Numbered from the whole stretch's first letter, positions 13,749-26,433 are shown. The stretch is 63,470 nt of DNA, filler included, from Psammoneis japonica (GCA_008632985.1; 3 parts of 3 records of this genome joined end to end with filler, not necessarily neighbours in it), one strand, 5' to 3'. Notes: generated from the sequence alone by a model not told the origin. A program made the numbers and translations.

Positions 13749-14604
13749 GCCCGAGACTTCAGGCAGTGTTGAAGAGAACGGGCATGCAGGCAGCGCATGG
13801 TGCGCTGAAACCAGAAGAGGAGAAGGTGGCTGGAAATGATCTCTTTCCACAGGTGAAGTTTCTCAGCCCGTCAGAATTGGCAAGCAATGGGAGCGTCTCA
13901 ATGTTTGTCAAGAAACAGATTGCTGGTGGCAACATGGACACTTCAAATTGTCAGGAACTTGGGAGGAATGGGCAAAAAAGGTGGCAAAAAGGCAAGTTGA
14001 CAATCTCAGAAACACGGTGTGTTCGGCTGTTGGGGCGGAGGCAATGGCCCGCAAGTTGGGTGACCAATGTGTGTGACTCGAGAGTTGCGCGCATCTCACA
14101 AGAAGATGACGGTGATGCTTTGTCTGTGCAGGCGTTGTCACCAAGGAAGAGGGAAAGGAAAAAGAAAAGAAACTCAAGGCGGCAGTCAAGAGGAAAAAGC
14201 AAGGCAGGAAAAAGTCAAGCCATGACAAGAATGAAAAGAAAGACATCCCGATTGTGCCGACATGGGATCCGCCCAGCCCAGACACTGTCGCCAGCAGCAA
14301 ATGAAGGAACAAGCAGGCACGCAAGCGGTTCTGTGATCACACCCCTGTTTGCAAAAATTGACAAACCAAGGATTGTGTGGCAATGCAATCACAGATTGGC
14401 ACATGGCAACAAGGTGGAGGCAGAAATGGCGATGTGGGCACAGTGAAAAATGGCACACATGATTCTCAACAAGTTGTTGTGACATTGGCACAGCAAACTT
14501 GCAACCAGAGGTTGGCCTGTCATTGTGCGACAACAATTTTTTGCAACATTTTGACAAATTGTCATCATGCAAATCCACACATTTTTAACATTTCGTGCAC
14601 TCTG
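13749..14604 (+). repeat. Unclassified repeated block with a short degenerate ORF (LFPQVKF...WEEWAKK); copies at 17168-17527, 22505-23360 and inverted at 5922-6584
   Basis: Four near-identical copies in the window. It may be a transposon accessory ORF, but no catalytic motif is seen. Confidence 0.6.
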
Positions 14605-15472
14605 ATGCGTGTGTTGTGCACAGCATCATCACACAGCATTTGTCCAACTCTCCCTGTCATTGCAGGATGGGTTGTCGCCATGTGGCGCATCTGCACAGTG
14701 GAGTTGCGAATTTGACCATGCACTCCCTCTGTCAGGCAGGATGGGTTGATGCCATGTGGCGCATCCGGCCAAGGGAGGAGTGGGTTCGAAGCCCAGCCGC
14801 CCACCCCGGATGGGGTTGGAAAGGGGCAGGCCGAGAAAGAAAAGGAGGCTTGGATTTGAGGCCAATTCGAGCCAGCGACCTCAGGAAGCGCAAAGACTCG
14901 CAACCACTCAGAATGCTGCACACTGTCCTGGCGAGTGCAGGAGGTTCTCAACAACCCAAGAGGCAAAGAAGTTGCCACTCGGCTGGCTGTTGAGTCCCTT
15001 CTCCGTGCACACATTTGGGCGTGTGTTGTGCACAGCATCGTCACACAGCATTTGTCCAACTCTCCCTCTCGTTGCACGATGGGTTGTCACCATGTGGCGC
15101 ACCCGCACGGAGGAATCACGAATTTGACCATGCACTCCCCATGTTGGGCAGGATGGGCCAGCGCCATGTGGCGCATCCGGCCAAGGGAGGAGCGGGCTCG
15201 AAGCCCAGCCACCCACCCCGGATGGGGTTGGAAAGGGGCAGGCTGAGAAAGAAAAGGAGGCTTGGATTTGAGGCCGATTCAAGCCAGCAACCTCAGGAAG
15301 CGCAAACACTCACGACCACTCAGAACACTGCACACTGTCCTGGCGAGTGCAGGAGGTTCTCAACAACCCAAGAGGCAAAGAAGTTGCCACTCAGACAGCT
15401 GTTGAGCCCCTTCTCCGCACACACATTCAGGCATGCATTGTGCACAGCATCATCACACAGCATTTGTCCAAC
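14605..15472 (+). repeat. 412-bp tandem repeat (~2.1 units; partial copies at 17528-18026 and 23361-23542)
   Basis: The motif CAGCATC(A/G)TCACACAGCATTTGTCCAACT starts at 14621, 15033 and 15445 (period 412). Confidence 0.92.
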
Positions 15473-16312
15473 TGAGCATGTCATTTCAAGGAAAACAAGC
15501 ATGTTTTCTTTGAAAAGACATGTTTGTTTTCCTTGAAAAGACATGTTTGTTTTCAGGACATGTTTGTTTTCCTTTAAATGACACGTTTGTTTTCCTTGAA
15601 ACCACATGTTTGTTTTCTTTGAAACAACACGTTTGTTTTCCTTGAAAAGACACATTTTTTTCCCTTGAAACGACACATTTGTTTTCCTTGAAAAGACGTG
15701 TTTGTTTCCCTGAAAAGACACATTTGTTTTCCTTGAAAACACATGTTTGTTTTCCTTGAAACAACGTGCTTGTTTTCCTTGAAAAGACATGTTTGTTTTC
15801 CTTAAAAAGACAAGTTTGTTTTCAAGACATGTTTGTTTTCATTGAAAAGACATGTTTGTTTTCCTTGAAACCACATGTTTGTTTTCCTTGAAATGACACG
15901 TTTTTTTTCCTTGAAAAGACACATTTTTTTTCCTTGAAACGACATGTTTGTTTTCCTTGAAAAGACATGTTTGTTTTCCTTGAAAAGACATGTTTGTTTT
16001 CCTTGAAAAGACGTGCTTGTTTTCCTTGAAACGACATGGTTTTTCTTGAAATGACGCGTTTGTTTTCTCTGAAAAGACATGTTTGTTTTCAAGACATGTT
16101 TGTTTTCCTTGAAACCACATGCTTGTTTTCCTTGAAAAGACATGTTCGTTTTCCTTGAAATGACGTGTTTGTTTGTCTTGAAAAGACACGCTTGTTTTCT
16201 TTGGAACAACATGTTTGTTTTCTTTGAAACGACGTGTTTGTTTTCCTTTAAAAGACACTTTTTTCCCCTTGAAACGACATGTTTGTTTTCCTTGAAAAGA
16301 CATGTTTGTTTT
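15473..16312 (-). repeat. 23-bp satellite, inverted orientation
   Basis: CATGTTTGTTTTCCTTGAAAAGA units. Confidence 0.96.
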
Positions 16313-17167
16313 CACCAATCAAAGAGAGAGAGGGAAGAGATGTCGGGTGTTGAACCTGTCACCTCCTCTTCTGGGACTCGTCCTCCCATGTCTGACACAC
16401 TGGCTGCAATCATGCGTCGGATGTCACACGCCCATTTGGCGCTGTGGGACCAAAGTCGTCTGTGAGCACCAGTCCAGTGCAGAGTCACACGGACTCTTTT
16501 CTTCAACTCATGAATGGATGCCTCGGCCAGGTTCTGCCAGGGGCTGCATGGAGTGGACACCTCCTGGTGCATCCTGCATTCCTTGCAGATCTCCTTGGTC
16601 TGGCCTTCCGCCATTTCCGGCGCGCCACCCACAACAATGCTCTCATTGTGATGGGATGTCTGACACGAACAAGCCGAAGCAATGCACCTGGTTGCACTCA
16701 TCATTGTCAGCTGTCCACCGGACTTTGACGGTCCTTGGCACACACTGACGCATGCGCGCTCTTCCTCCTTTTGCGCCATGGCATCAGCAGAAGGTTCCCA
16801 TCCAAGGGATGGCGTCAGCTCCAGCCAGGGGAGGTTCTCCATGTCCTCCTGAGTCAGCTCGTGTGAGTCAAAGACCAAAGCAACACCTTGCGTGCGCAAA
16901 TGCACCCTGATTTTCAAGTCAAGGAAAACAACAGAGTGCGCGCTGTTGGGATCAAACTGGCGAGGGGTGTCGTGGACAGTCAGCTCACTTGCTCACAGTT
17001 GGCTGGGGCACAGCAGGGTGTCAGTCATTCTTTCCCTGAAAAACACAGCCTCGTGGGCTGGCAGTGGGCGTGGCTGTCCATTGGCTGGATCAACCCACAT
17101 GGCAGCAGCCACGCAAATGGGGACATTCCTCATTGGCGCACACTCTTCGGAGCAAGGATGCACTGCA
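16313..17167 (-). mobile_element. Copia (CoDi-like) fragment with integrase C-terminal half, internally deleted
   Basis: PCSPWQNLAEASIHELKK...RRLWSHSAKWACDIR...PEEEVTGSTPDISSLSLFDW. Confidence 0.85.
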
Positions 17168-18026
17168 GCCCAAGACTTCAGGCAGTGTTGAAGAGAACGG
17201 GCATGCAGGCAGCGCATGGTGCGCTGAAACCAGAAGAGGAGAAGGTGGCTGGAAATGATCTCTTTCCACAGGTGAAGTTTCTCAGCCCATCAGAATTGGC
17301 AAGCAATGGGAGCGTCTCAATGTTTGTCAAGAAACAGATTGCTGGTGGCAACATGGACACTTCAAATTTGTCAGGAACTTGGGAGGAATGGGCAAAAAAG
17401 GTGGCAAAAAGGCAAGTTGACAATCTCAGAAACATGGTGTGTTCGGCTGTTGGGGCGGAGGCAATGGCCCGCAAGTTGGGTGACCAATGTGTGTGACTCG
17501 AGAGTTGCGCGCATCTCACAAGAAGATCCACTCGGCTGGCTGTTGAGTCCCTTCTCCGCGCACACATTTGGGCATGTGTTGTGCACAGCATCGTCACACA
17601 GCATTTGTCCAACTCTCCCTCTCGTTGCAGGATGGGTTGTCACCATGTGGCGCATCCGCATGGAGGACTCACGAATTTGACCATGCACTCCCCATGTTGG
17701 GCAGGATGGGCCAGCGCCATGTGGCACATCCGGCCAAGGGAGGAGCGGGCTCGAAGCCCAGCTGCCCACCCCGGATGGGGTTGGAAAGGGGCAGGCTGAG
17801 AAAGAAAAGGAGGCTTGGATTTGAGGCCGATTCAAGCCAGCGACCTCAGGAAGCGCAAACACTCACAACCACTCAGAACACTGCACACTGTCCTGGCGAG
17901 TGCAGGAGGTTCTCAACAACCCAAGAGGCAAAGAAGTTGCCACTCAGCCAGCTGTTGAGCCCCTTCTCTGCACACACATTCAGGCATGTGTTGTGCACAG
18001 CATCATCACACAGCATTTGTCCAACT

Positions 18027-18980
18027 GAGCATGTCCTTTCAAGGAAAACAAGCATGTTTTCCTTGAAAAAACATGTTTGTTTTCCTTGAAAAGACATGTT
18101 TGTTTTCAGGACATGTTTGTTTTCCTTTAAATGACACGTTTGTTTTCCTTGAAACCACGTGTTTGTTTTCTTTGAAACAACACGTTTGTTTTCCTTGAAA
18201 CAACACATTTTTTTTCCTTGAAACGACACATTTGTTTTCCTTGAAAAGACACGCTTGTTTTCCTTGAAACGACATGTTTGTTTTCCTTGAAAAGACGTGT
18301 TTGTTTTCCCTGAAAAGACACATTTGTTTTCCTTGAAAACACATGTTTGTTTTCCTTGAAACAACGTGCTTGTTTTCCTTGAAAAGACATGTTTGTTTTC
18401 CTTAAAAAGACATGTTTGTTTTCAAGACATGTTTGTTTTCATTGAAAAGACATGTTTGTTTTCCTTGAAACCACATGTTTGTTTTCCTTGAAATGACACG
18501 TTTGTTTTCCTTGAAAAGACACATTTTTTTTCCTTGAAATGACACGTTTGTTTTCCTTGAAAAGACATGTTTGTTTTCCTTGAAACAACGTGTTTGTTTT
18601 CCTTGAAAAGACATGTTGTTTTCCTTGAAAAGACGTGTTTGTTTTCCTTGAAAAGACGTGCTTGTTTTCCTTGAAACGACATGGTTTTTCTTGAAATGAC
18701 GCGTTTGTTTTCTCTGAAAAGACATGTTTGTTTTCAAGACATGTTTGTTTTCCTTGAAACCACATGCTTGTTTTCCTTGAAACGACATGTTTGTTTTCCT
18801 TGAAAAGACATGTTTGTTTTCCTTGAAATGACGTGTTTGTTTGTCTTGAAAAGACACGCTTGTTTTCTTTGGAACAACACGTTTGTTTTCTTTGAAACGA
18901 CGTGTTTGTTTTCCTTTAAAAGACACTTTTTCCCCTTGAAACGACATGTTTGTTTTCCTTGAAAAGACACGTTTGTTTTC
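18027..18980 (-). repeat. 23-bp satellite, inverted orientation (paralogue of 15473-16312)
   Basis: Same unit and the same variant order at both ends. Confidence 0.96.
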
Positions 18981-20682
18981 ACCAATCAAAGAGAGAGAGG
19001 GAAGAGATGTCGGGTGTTGAACCTGTCACCTCCTCTTCTGGGACTCGTCCTCCCATGTCTGACACACTGGTTGCAATCATGCCTCGGATGTCACATGCCC
19101 ATTTGGCACTGTGGGACCAAAGTCGTCTGTGAGCGCCAGTCCAGCGCAGAGTCATGCGGACTCTTTTCTTCAACTCATGAATGGATGCCTCTGCCAGGTT
19201 GTGCCAGGGGCTGCATGGAGTGGACACCTCCTGGTGCATCCTGCATTCCTTGCAGATCTCCTTGGTCTGGCCTTCCGCCATTTCCGGCACGCCATCCGAC
19301 ACAAGGACCTGCGGTGTGCCGCCGTCATGCACAAATGACATGACGGCATCTGGGTGGTCCTGTTTCCTCTTCCAAGGATGGAACCTGTCACACCCTCTTC
19401 TGTTGGCAAGTGCGCTTCCTCCCATCTTGCCACGTGTCGATTTGACCTTTGAAAACATCTGGCCGGAGTAGAGTCGTCCCTTGACAGCAGGGAACTTGAG
19501 CCAAGGGGCTTTCTTCTGGACTTTCCATTTGGATGGTGTGCAGACATTGCGGACCCCTGCCTGGGTCATCACTCTGATGGTGTTCTCAGCAGCCGTCAGG
19601 CCAATGTTCCACCTTTTAGAGAGTGTCTCGGGCGTGACAGTTGATGCACAACTCAAGGTCGACAGTGCATGCACCCGTTTCCGCTCGGCACAATCCAGGT
19701 GGACATCCAGGTCATGCCGGTCGTGTGGCCCGTCTCCCTCGGTGTCATTGTGGGAGACATTCACCTGAGCAACCATGCGGCGATGCAATGAATTGTCATC
19801 ATCAGCGTCCACAATGACGCTCTCATCATGACAGGACATTTGGTGTGAATGAATGGAAGCAACGCACCTGGTCACATTCATTGTCGTCGACCATCCGCCC
19901 GACTTTGCTGATCATTGGCGCACACTGGCACATGCGCGCGCTTCCTCCTTTTGCACCATGGCATCAGCAGAAGGCTCCCATCTCGGGGGTGATGTGAGTT
20001 CCAGCCGGGGGAGGTTCTCCAGATCCTCATTTGTTGGCTCGTGTGAATCAAAGACAGAAGCAACGCCTCTTGTTCGCAGTGGCACCCTGATCTTCAAGTC
20101 AGGGAAAGCAATGGAGTGCATGCCAGTCGGATCAAACTGGCAAGGGGTGTCGTGGACAATCAGCCCATTTGCTCACAGTTGGTCGGGGCACAGAAGGGTG
20201 TTGGTCATCTTGTCCCCAAAAAACATGGCCTCGTGGACTGGCAGCAAGCACGGTTGTCCATCAGTTGGATCAACCCACACGGCAGCAGCCGTGCAAACAG
20301 GAGTGTTTTCCATTGGCACGTGCTCTTCGGAGTGGGGGTGCACCACGACAGTTCTGTCGATGTCACAGCACATCACAAAATTGGACCCAACAGCACACGT
20401 GTCAGCGTGCAAGTCTAAATCAGCGGTGGCTTCATCATCTGAATTTCCATCAGATGACAAAGAGACACACACATCCTTTGAGAATCACCCAGACAAACAA
20501 ACAGTGCCAGCAGGTTTAGCGACATTTGGTTCTGTGCCTTTCAGTGCTGGCGCAACTGTTCATTCCTCATTCTGAGGTTTCTCATGTGCGCTGCATCCAA
20601 ACTGGGTGCCTGCATTGGTGGCAGGTTCGTCAGGCTCGTCGGAGTCTTTCGGCGCATCAGCAGGTTGAGCAGCAGGCTCGGC
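18981..20682 (-). mobile_element. Copia (CoDi-like) gag end, protease and integrase, degenerate
   Basis: NAGTQFG (gag end), DLDLHADTCAVGSNF (aspartic protease, D(S/T)HADT type) and the integrase core LYSGQMF...LVSDG...PWHNLAE. Confidence 0.87.
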
Positions 20683-21500
20683 AATCTCGCTCTGCCTCCA
20701 GTGCGATGGGTGAAAGGACATCAAGACAGGCAATCTCCCATCCACTCATTGCCGTTAAATGCCAGAGTTAACATCCGAGCGGACAAATTGGCAGGAGCTT
20801 GCCAAGGACATTGCCTGCACGACACGAATCAGGTCAAGCACCTGCCACATTGCCGCTTGCATCTGGAGATCGACGGGGGTGCAATCACGACGAATTGCAA
20901 GAAACAAATTCGGTGCGCTGCTGCTGCTCCTGAATTGATGCAACATGTTGTCGAACGGAACAAATGGGATCCTTCAGTGGTTGACCTTGTCAACTGGAAT
21001 GCTCGCGCGGTTCTGGTGAAACGTCACTCACAACAGCATGTTGACACAGTCAAACTGGTCCATGACTTGCTGCCGACTGACAAGATCGCAAATCAACACA
21101 ACCCAGTTCGACCGCACCAATGCATCACATGTGAGCATCCGATGGAAGACAGGGACCACATGCTTCGGTGTCCAAACAATGAACAGTGGCGAAGGAAGTT
21201 CCTGCAGGGTCTTTGATGCTGCTGCGACAAGATCGAAGCTGTGCCTGCTCTCCGAGACTTCCTCCTGGACATGCTTCAAGCCTGGTTTGATGACGAAATG
21301 ACGTGCTTCGACAATGTGGACTGTGGATGCAAGGAACTTTGGTGAGCTCAATTGGACATTGGTTGGAGACAGGTTTTCAACGGCAGATGCTCGCACATGT
21401 GGAATCTTTTGCAATCCGGACACCTGCACGATTCTGGCATTCTGCGACAATGTCAGGAAGAAAACAAACAGCCACCAGATTGGACGGTTCAGATCGGGTC
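20683..21500 (+). mobile_element. LINE 3' fragment (duplicate of ~11376-12190)
   Basis: Near-identical to copy 2 from WVKGHQD to GWRQVFNGR. Confidence 0.9.
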
Positions 21501-21930
21501 TTTCAATGTGTTTGTCTTCAACATCAAACAAATGGCAAAGTTTGTGGCACAATCATGCCTCTTGCCACTCAACGTTTTTGCAAATGCACCTGCCCTGCAC
21601 GATTCTTAAGACATTGTAGAATCGCGCTGCAACAAAAAATGTCAAAAGTTGTTGGATGGATCGCTCAACAAGTGCACCGTAAAATGACACAAAATGTCAA
21701 AAAAATCACGCAGAAATCTGCGTGCGCGACATGCGACGTGATTCAAAAAACTGTCGATGTCACAGTTCAGCAGTGCGAGGTCCCACCTGGACCTGGAACG
21801 CGTCAAACATGTCGTTTGAAGGAAAACAAACATGTTGTTTCAAAGAAAACAAACGTGTCTTTTCAAGGAAGGAAAACAAACGCGTTGTTTCAAGGAAAAC
21901 AAACACGTCTTTTTGACAAAAACAAACATG

Positions 21931-23537
21931 TCTCCCCCAGTGTCATTGTGAGATGCACTGGCCTGAGCAGCCAAGCAGCGATGCAGAGAATCATCGTCAT
22001 TTGCACCCACAATGATGCCCTCATTGTGATGGGATGTCTGACACGAACAAGCCGAAGCAATGCACCTGGTTGCACTCATCATTGTCAGCTGTCCACCGGA
22101 CTTTGACGGTCCTTGGCACACACTGACGCATGCGCGCTCTTCCTCCTTTTGCACCATGGCATCAGCAGAAGGTTCCCATCCAAGGGATGGCGTCAGCTCC
22201 AGCCGGGGGAGGGTCTCCATGTCCTCCTGAGTCAGCTCGTGTGAGTCAAAGACCAAAGCAACACCTTGCGCGCGCAAATGCACCCTGATTTTCAAGTCAA
22301 GGAAAACAACAGAGTGCGCGCTGTTGGGGTCAAACTGGCGAGGGGTGTCGTGGACAGTCAGCTCACTTGCTCACAGTTGGCTGGGGCACAGCAGGGTGTC
22401 AGTCATTCTTTCCCTGAAAAACACAGCCTCGTGGGCTGGCAGTGGGCGTGGCTGTCCATTGGCTGGATCAACCCACATGGCAGCAGCCACGCAAATGGGG
22501 ACAGCCCGAGACTTCAGGCAGTGTTGAAGAGAACGGGCATGCAGGCAGCGCATGGTGCGCTGAAACCAGAAGAGGAGAAGGTGGCTGGAAATGATCTCTT
22601 TCCACAGGTGAAGTTTCTCAGCCCGTCAGAATTGGCAAGCAATGGGAGCGTCTCAATGTTTGTCAAGAAACAGATTGCTGGTGGCAACACGGACACTTCA
22701 AATTTGTCAGGAACTTGGGAGGAATGGGCAAAAAAGGTGGCAAAAAGGCAAGTTGACAATCTCAGAAACACGGTGTGTTCGGCTGTTGGGGCGGAGGCAA
22801 TGGCCCGCAAGTTGGGTGACCAATGTGTGTGACTCGAGAGTTGCGCGCATCTCACAAGAAGATGACGGTGATGCTTTGTCTGTGCAGGCATTGTCACCAA
22901 GGAAGAGGGAAAGGAAAAAGAAAAGAAACTCAAGGCGGCAGTCAAGAGGAAAAAGCAAGGCAGGAAAAAGTCAAGCCATGACAAGAATGAAAAGAAAGAC
23001 ATCCCGATTGTGCCGACATGGGATCCGCCCAGCCCAGACACTGTCGCCAGCAGCAAATGAAGGAACAAGCAGGCACGCAAGCAGTTCTGTGATCACACCC
23101 CTGTTTGCAAAAATTGACAAACCAAGGATTGTGCGGCAATGCAATCACAGATTGGCACATGGCAACAAGGTGGAGGCAGAAATGGCGATGTGGGCACAGT
23201 GAAAAATGGCACACATGATTCTCAACAAGTTGTTGTGACATTGGCACAGCAAACTTGCAACCAGAGGTTGGCCTGTCATTGTGCGACAACAATTTTTTGC
23301 AACATTTTGACAAATTGTCATCATGCAAATCCACACATTTTTAACATTTCGTGCACTCTGATGCGTGTGTTGTGCACAGCATCATCACACAGCATTTGCC
23401 CAACTCTCCCTGTCATTGCAGGATGGGTTGTCGCCACGCGGCGCATCTGCACAGTGGAGTTGCGAATTTGACCATGCACTCCCTCTGTCAGGCAGGATGG
23501 GTTGGTGGCATGTGGCGCATCCGGCCAAGGGAGGAGT
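21931..23537 (+). repeat. Segmental duplicate of ~13176-14781 (copia fragment, unclassified block, start of 412-bp unit)
   Basis: Colinear, near-identical sequence. Confidence 0.92.
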
Positions 23538-23682
23538 GGGTTGGGGTTGGGGTCAGGGTCAGGGTTGGGGTTGGGGTGGGGTTGGGGTTGGGGTTGGGGT
23601 CAGGGGGTTGGGGTTGGGGTTGGGGGTTGGGGTTGGGGGTTGGGGCTGGGGGGGCCAGGGTCGGGGGTCAGGGTTGGGGTTG
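23538..23682 (+). repeat. Degenerate telomeric array: TTGGGG/TCAGGG hexamers, inferred to derive from TTAGGG
   Basis: G-rich strand runs toward the scaffold end. Mostly TTGGGG, with four TCAGGG, one CCAGGG and no intact TTAGGG. Confidence 0.8.
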
Positions 23683-23782
23683 NNNNNNNNNNNNNNNNNN
23701 NNNNNNNNNNNNNNNNNNNNNNNNNNTTAATTAATTAANNNNNNNNNNNNNNNNNNNNNNNNNNNNNNNNNNNNNNNNNNNN
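23683..23782. other. Artificial scaffold linker N44-TTAATTAATTAA-N44
   Basis: Exactly 100 nt; the palindromic 12-mer gives stops in all six frames; identical structure at 47470-47569. Confidence 0.97.
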
Positions 23783-24791
23783 TTTCCAATGATGGAATTT
23801 TGCCGAACGGTGGACATCGTTTGTTTGTCATCAAAAAGTAAGTACGCAAAGTGTCAACCGTGCGTATGACTGAAATCGATTCCTTGAGGTCGTGGCCTAT
23901 TTTTCGCAAAGCACGGGAAAAGCACGACGAACAAGATATTCTACGCGAATTTTCTACGTGAGTTTTGTACCAGAAATCGCCCAAACCCTGTTTTTCGGGA
24001 CTCATAACCCCTGCACATGGCTTATTTCGCGGCGCGCCGGATTTTTGTTGAGCGAGCTTAGATTGTCGGTGTGTCTGTCTGTTCATCGAAATGCGCCGGG
24101 AAATGCAACCACAGGCTCAGAACGTTTTCGGCGATCCTTGTGGGTGGTGGAATGAAATCCGATGTCACTCTGGTNAGATGCCCTTTTGGAGCAAATGTTG
24201 GAGCACAAGCCGGAGTGATGCACACATCCTGGAGACTCAGCAATGCAAGCATTGAAGCAACAATGCCAGCACAACATTGTGAGGGCTTGGTCGACAGCGT
24301 CGCCCACATGTGGCTGCTGCCATGAGTGAACAGCACCTCACAACAGTGCAGGGGGAGGGGGGGACATGGCGGCCATTTGTCCTGCTCATGTGGTGACCTG
24401 ACACACTTGCAGAAACACATTGATGGGCTGGAAGTGGATTTGAAGCACCTGCACGCACACAGTCTCTGTGCTGTGTTTTTGGTGCAGCAAAAATGCTCAT
24501 GTGTGCTGCGCCATTTGTGGAAAGCACATGCATTGTGCAGTGTCCCACCATGGGAAACATGGCAACAAGAGCTGTTTTTTCTCTGCCATGATGAAGCATT
24601 GTTTGGTCTTGCATGAGATGACACCAAACTTTTTTGCTCACAAGTGCAGAGGTCTGATTGGACAGAGCTGCCTCAAGTGAAAGAATGGCTCAGCATGGCT
24701 CACACCCAATGTGTGTCAACTGCACAACAACCCTGCATTGTCCATTGCAAGTGTTTTTGTTTGCAGCAGTTTGTCACTTTGCGCCACACTC

Positions 24792-26433
24792 AGCCCCTCC
24801 CTTGACGTCGCACAAAAACAAAAACAAAAACGTTTTTTGTTTTCGTGACACGCGCGACGGCCTTGTCATCAAACAAAAACAAAAACACCCTTTACATGCA
24901 TTTGCATGCCAAACCACATGTGGTGCATGGAGCCACGTGCTGACAATGCCGGCTGCAGATGACCGCAACAAACAAAAGGGCAAGACACGCGATGGCGTCT
25001 TCGAAATCCATTTTGTGACGGCAATTGTCAATCAATCATGACACAAGTCAATGCAGTCAACATTGTTGATTGAATGTCATCCACAGCATAAAAGACAAGG
25101 TGAAATGTGTCAGCTTGTGTGCAGAATGCCAGCACAACAGATCGGTCGTCAAAAAAGCACTGCTCTTGTGTTGTGTCATCACAAATGCGAGTCACAAGGC
25201 AACCAGAGTGATGGCTGAGGCAGAAGCAGGACCTCACATGGCTGACAAAAATGTGGAGGATTGAACAGTCTTGTTTTTGCCTCCCTTCCATGCATCTCAT
25301 GTGCAGAACACAGTGGATCGTTTCATCATGCTTGTCTTGCATGGTCACAAACACAAGCCACAAGGCATCTGTGTTGAAGGCAAAAAAAAAGGACCGCACA
25401 TGACCAATGTCAATGTGGAGAGTTCAATGGAAAAGCTTGTCCCTCCCAATTCCACCAGAAGGGGCCGCATCGCGTCGATGTGTCGATGCATCAGTCATGG
25501 TCGTCGCTGGCAGTGGATTTGCCGTCGCACAAAAACAAAAACAAAAACGCATTTGACCCACTCGACTGCACTTTGACTCGATCGACTGAGACTTTGGTTT
25601 TTGTTCACGACTGCTCGTGAACAAAAACGACACCATGTTTTTGGTTTTTGTGGAAACAAAACAGCTCACAAAAACGCAGCGCTGTGGGTCTTTCCACGCA
25701 CAAATCCACCACCTGCGACGACCATGACTGATGCATTGACACATCGACATGATGCGGCCCCTTCTGGCAGAATGAGGAGGAACAAGCTTTTCCATCTCAT
25801 TCTCCACATTGACATTGGTCATGTGCAGTTCTGCTGTGGCCTTGTCCTTCACTGTGGATGCCTTGTGGCGTGCATTTGTGACCACACAACAAAAGCATGA
25901 CAATGCGATCCGCTGCATTCTGCACATGAGATGCGACAAAGGGAGGAAAGAACGTGACCATTCAATTCGCCACATTTTTAATGGCCATGTGAGGCTCTAC
26001 TTTTGCCTTGGCCATCACTCTACAGTCGCCTCACATGATGTGCACTTGTGACGACATGACACGAGAACAGCGCATTTCTGACAACCAATCTGTTGCACCA
26101 GCATTCTGCGCACAATCCACCACATTTCATCTCATCTTTTATGCTGCAGATGACATTCAACCAATGTCATTGACTGCAGTGACTTGCGTCATGATTGATT
26201 GACAATTGCCGTCATGAATGGATTCGAGTGCACCATTGCATGTCTTGCCCACTTTGTTTGCTGCTGTCGACTGAAGCCGGTGTTGACAGCGCGTGGCTCC
26301 GCACGTGCGTGGTTTGGTGCAGAAATGCACGCAAGGGGTGTTTTTGTTTGCTGTTTGATGACAAGGCCGTCGCGCGTGTCACAAAAACAAAAAACGTTTT
26401 TGTTTTTGTTTTTGTGCGACGACAAGGGAGGGG
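24792..26433. mobile_element. Foldback or inverted pair of a non-coding element; arms ~24792-25521 and ~25701-26433
   Basis: The arms are diverged reverse complements (CCCTCCCTTG.CGTCGCACAAAAACAAAAACAAAAACG... versus ...TGTGCGACGACAAGGGAGGGG). Confidence 0.8.

Noticed and set aside
23538..23682. Ciliate-type native TTGGGG telomere or contamination; Gly-rich ORFs
   Set aside because: Interspersed TCAGGG units and diatom-like flanking elements favour mutated TTAGGG. The ORFs are repeat translations.
23727..23738. TTAATTAATTAA palindrome as a biological site (also 47514-47525)
   Set aside because: It is centred in identical 44-N flanks and is a six-frame-stop concatenation linker. Adjacency across it means nothing.
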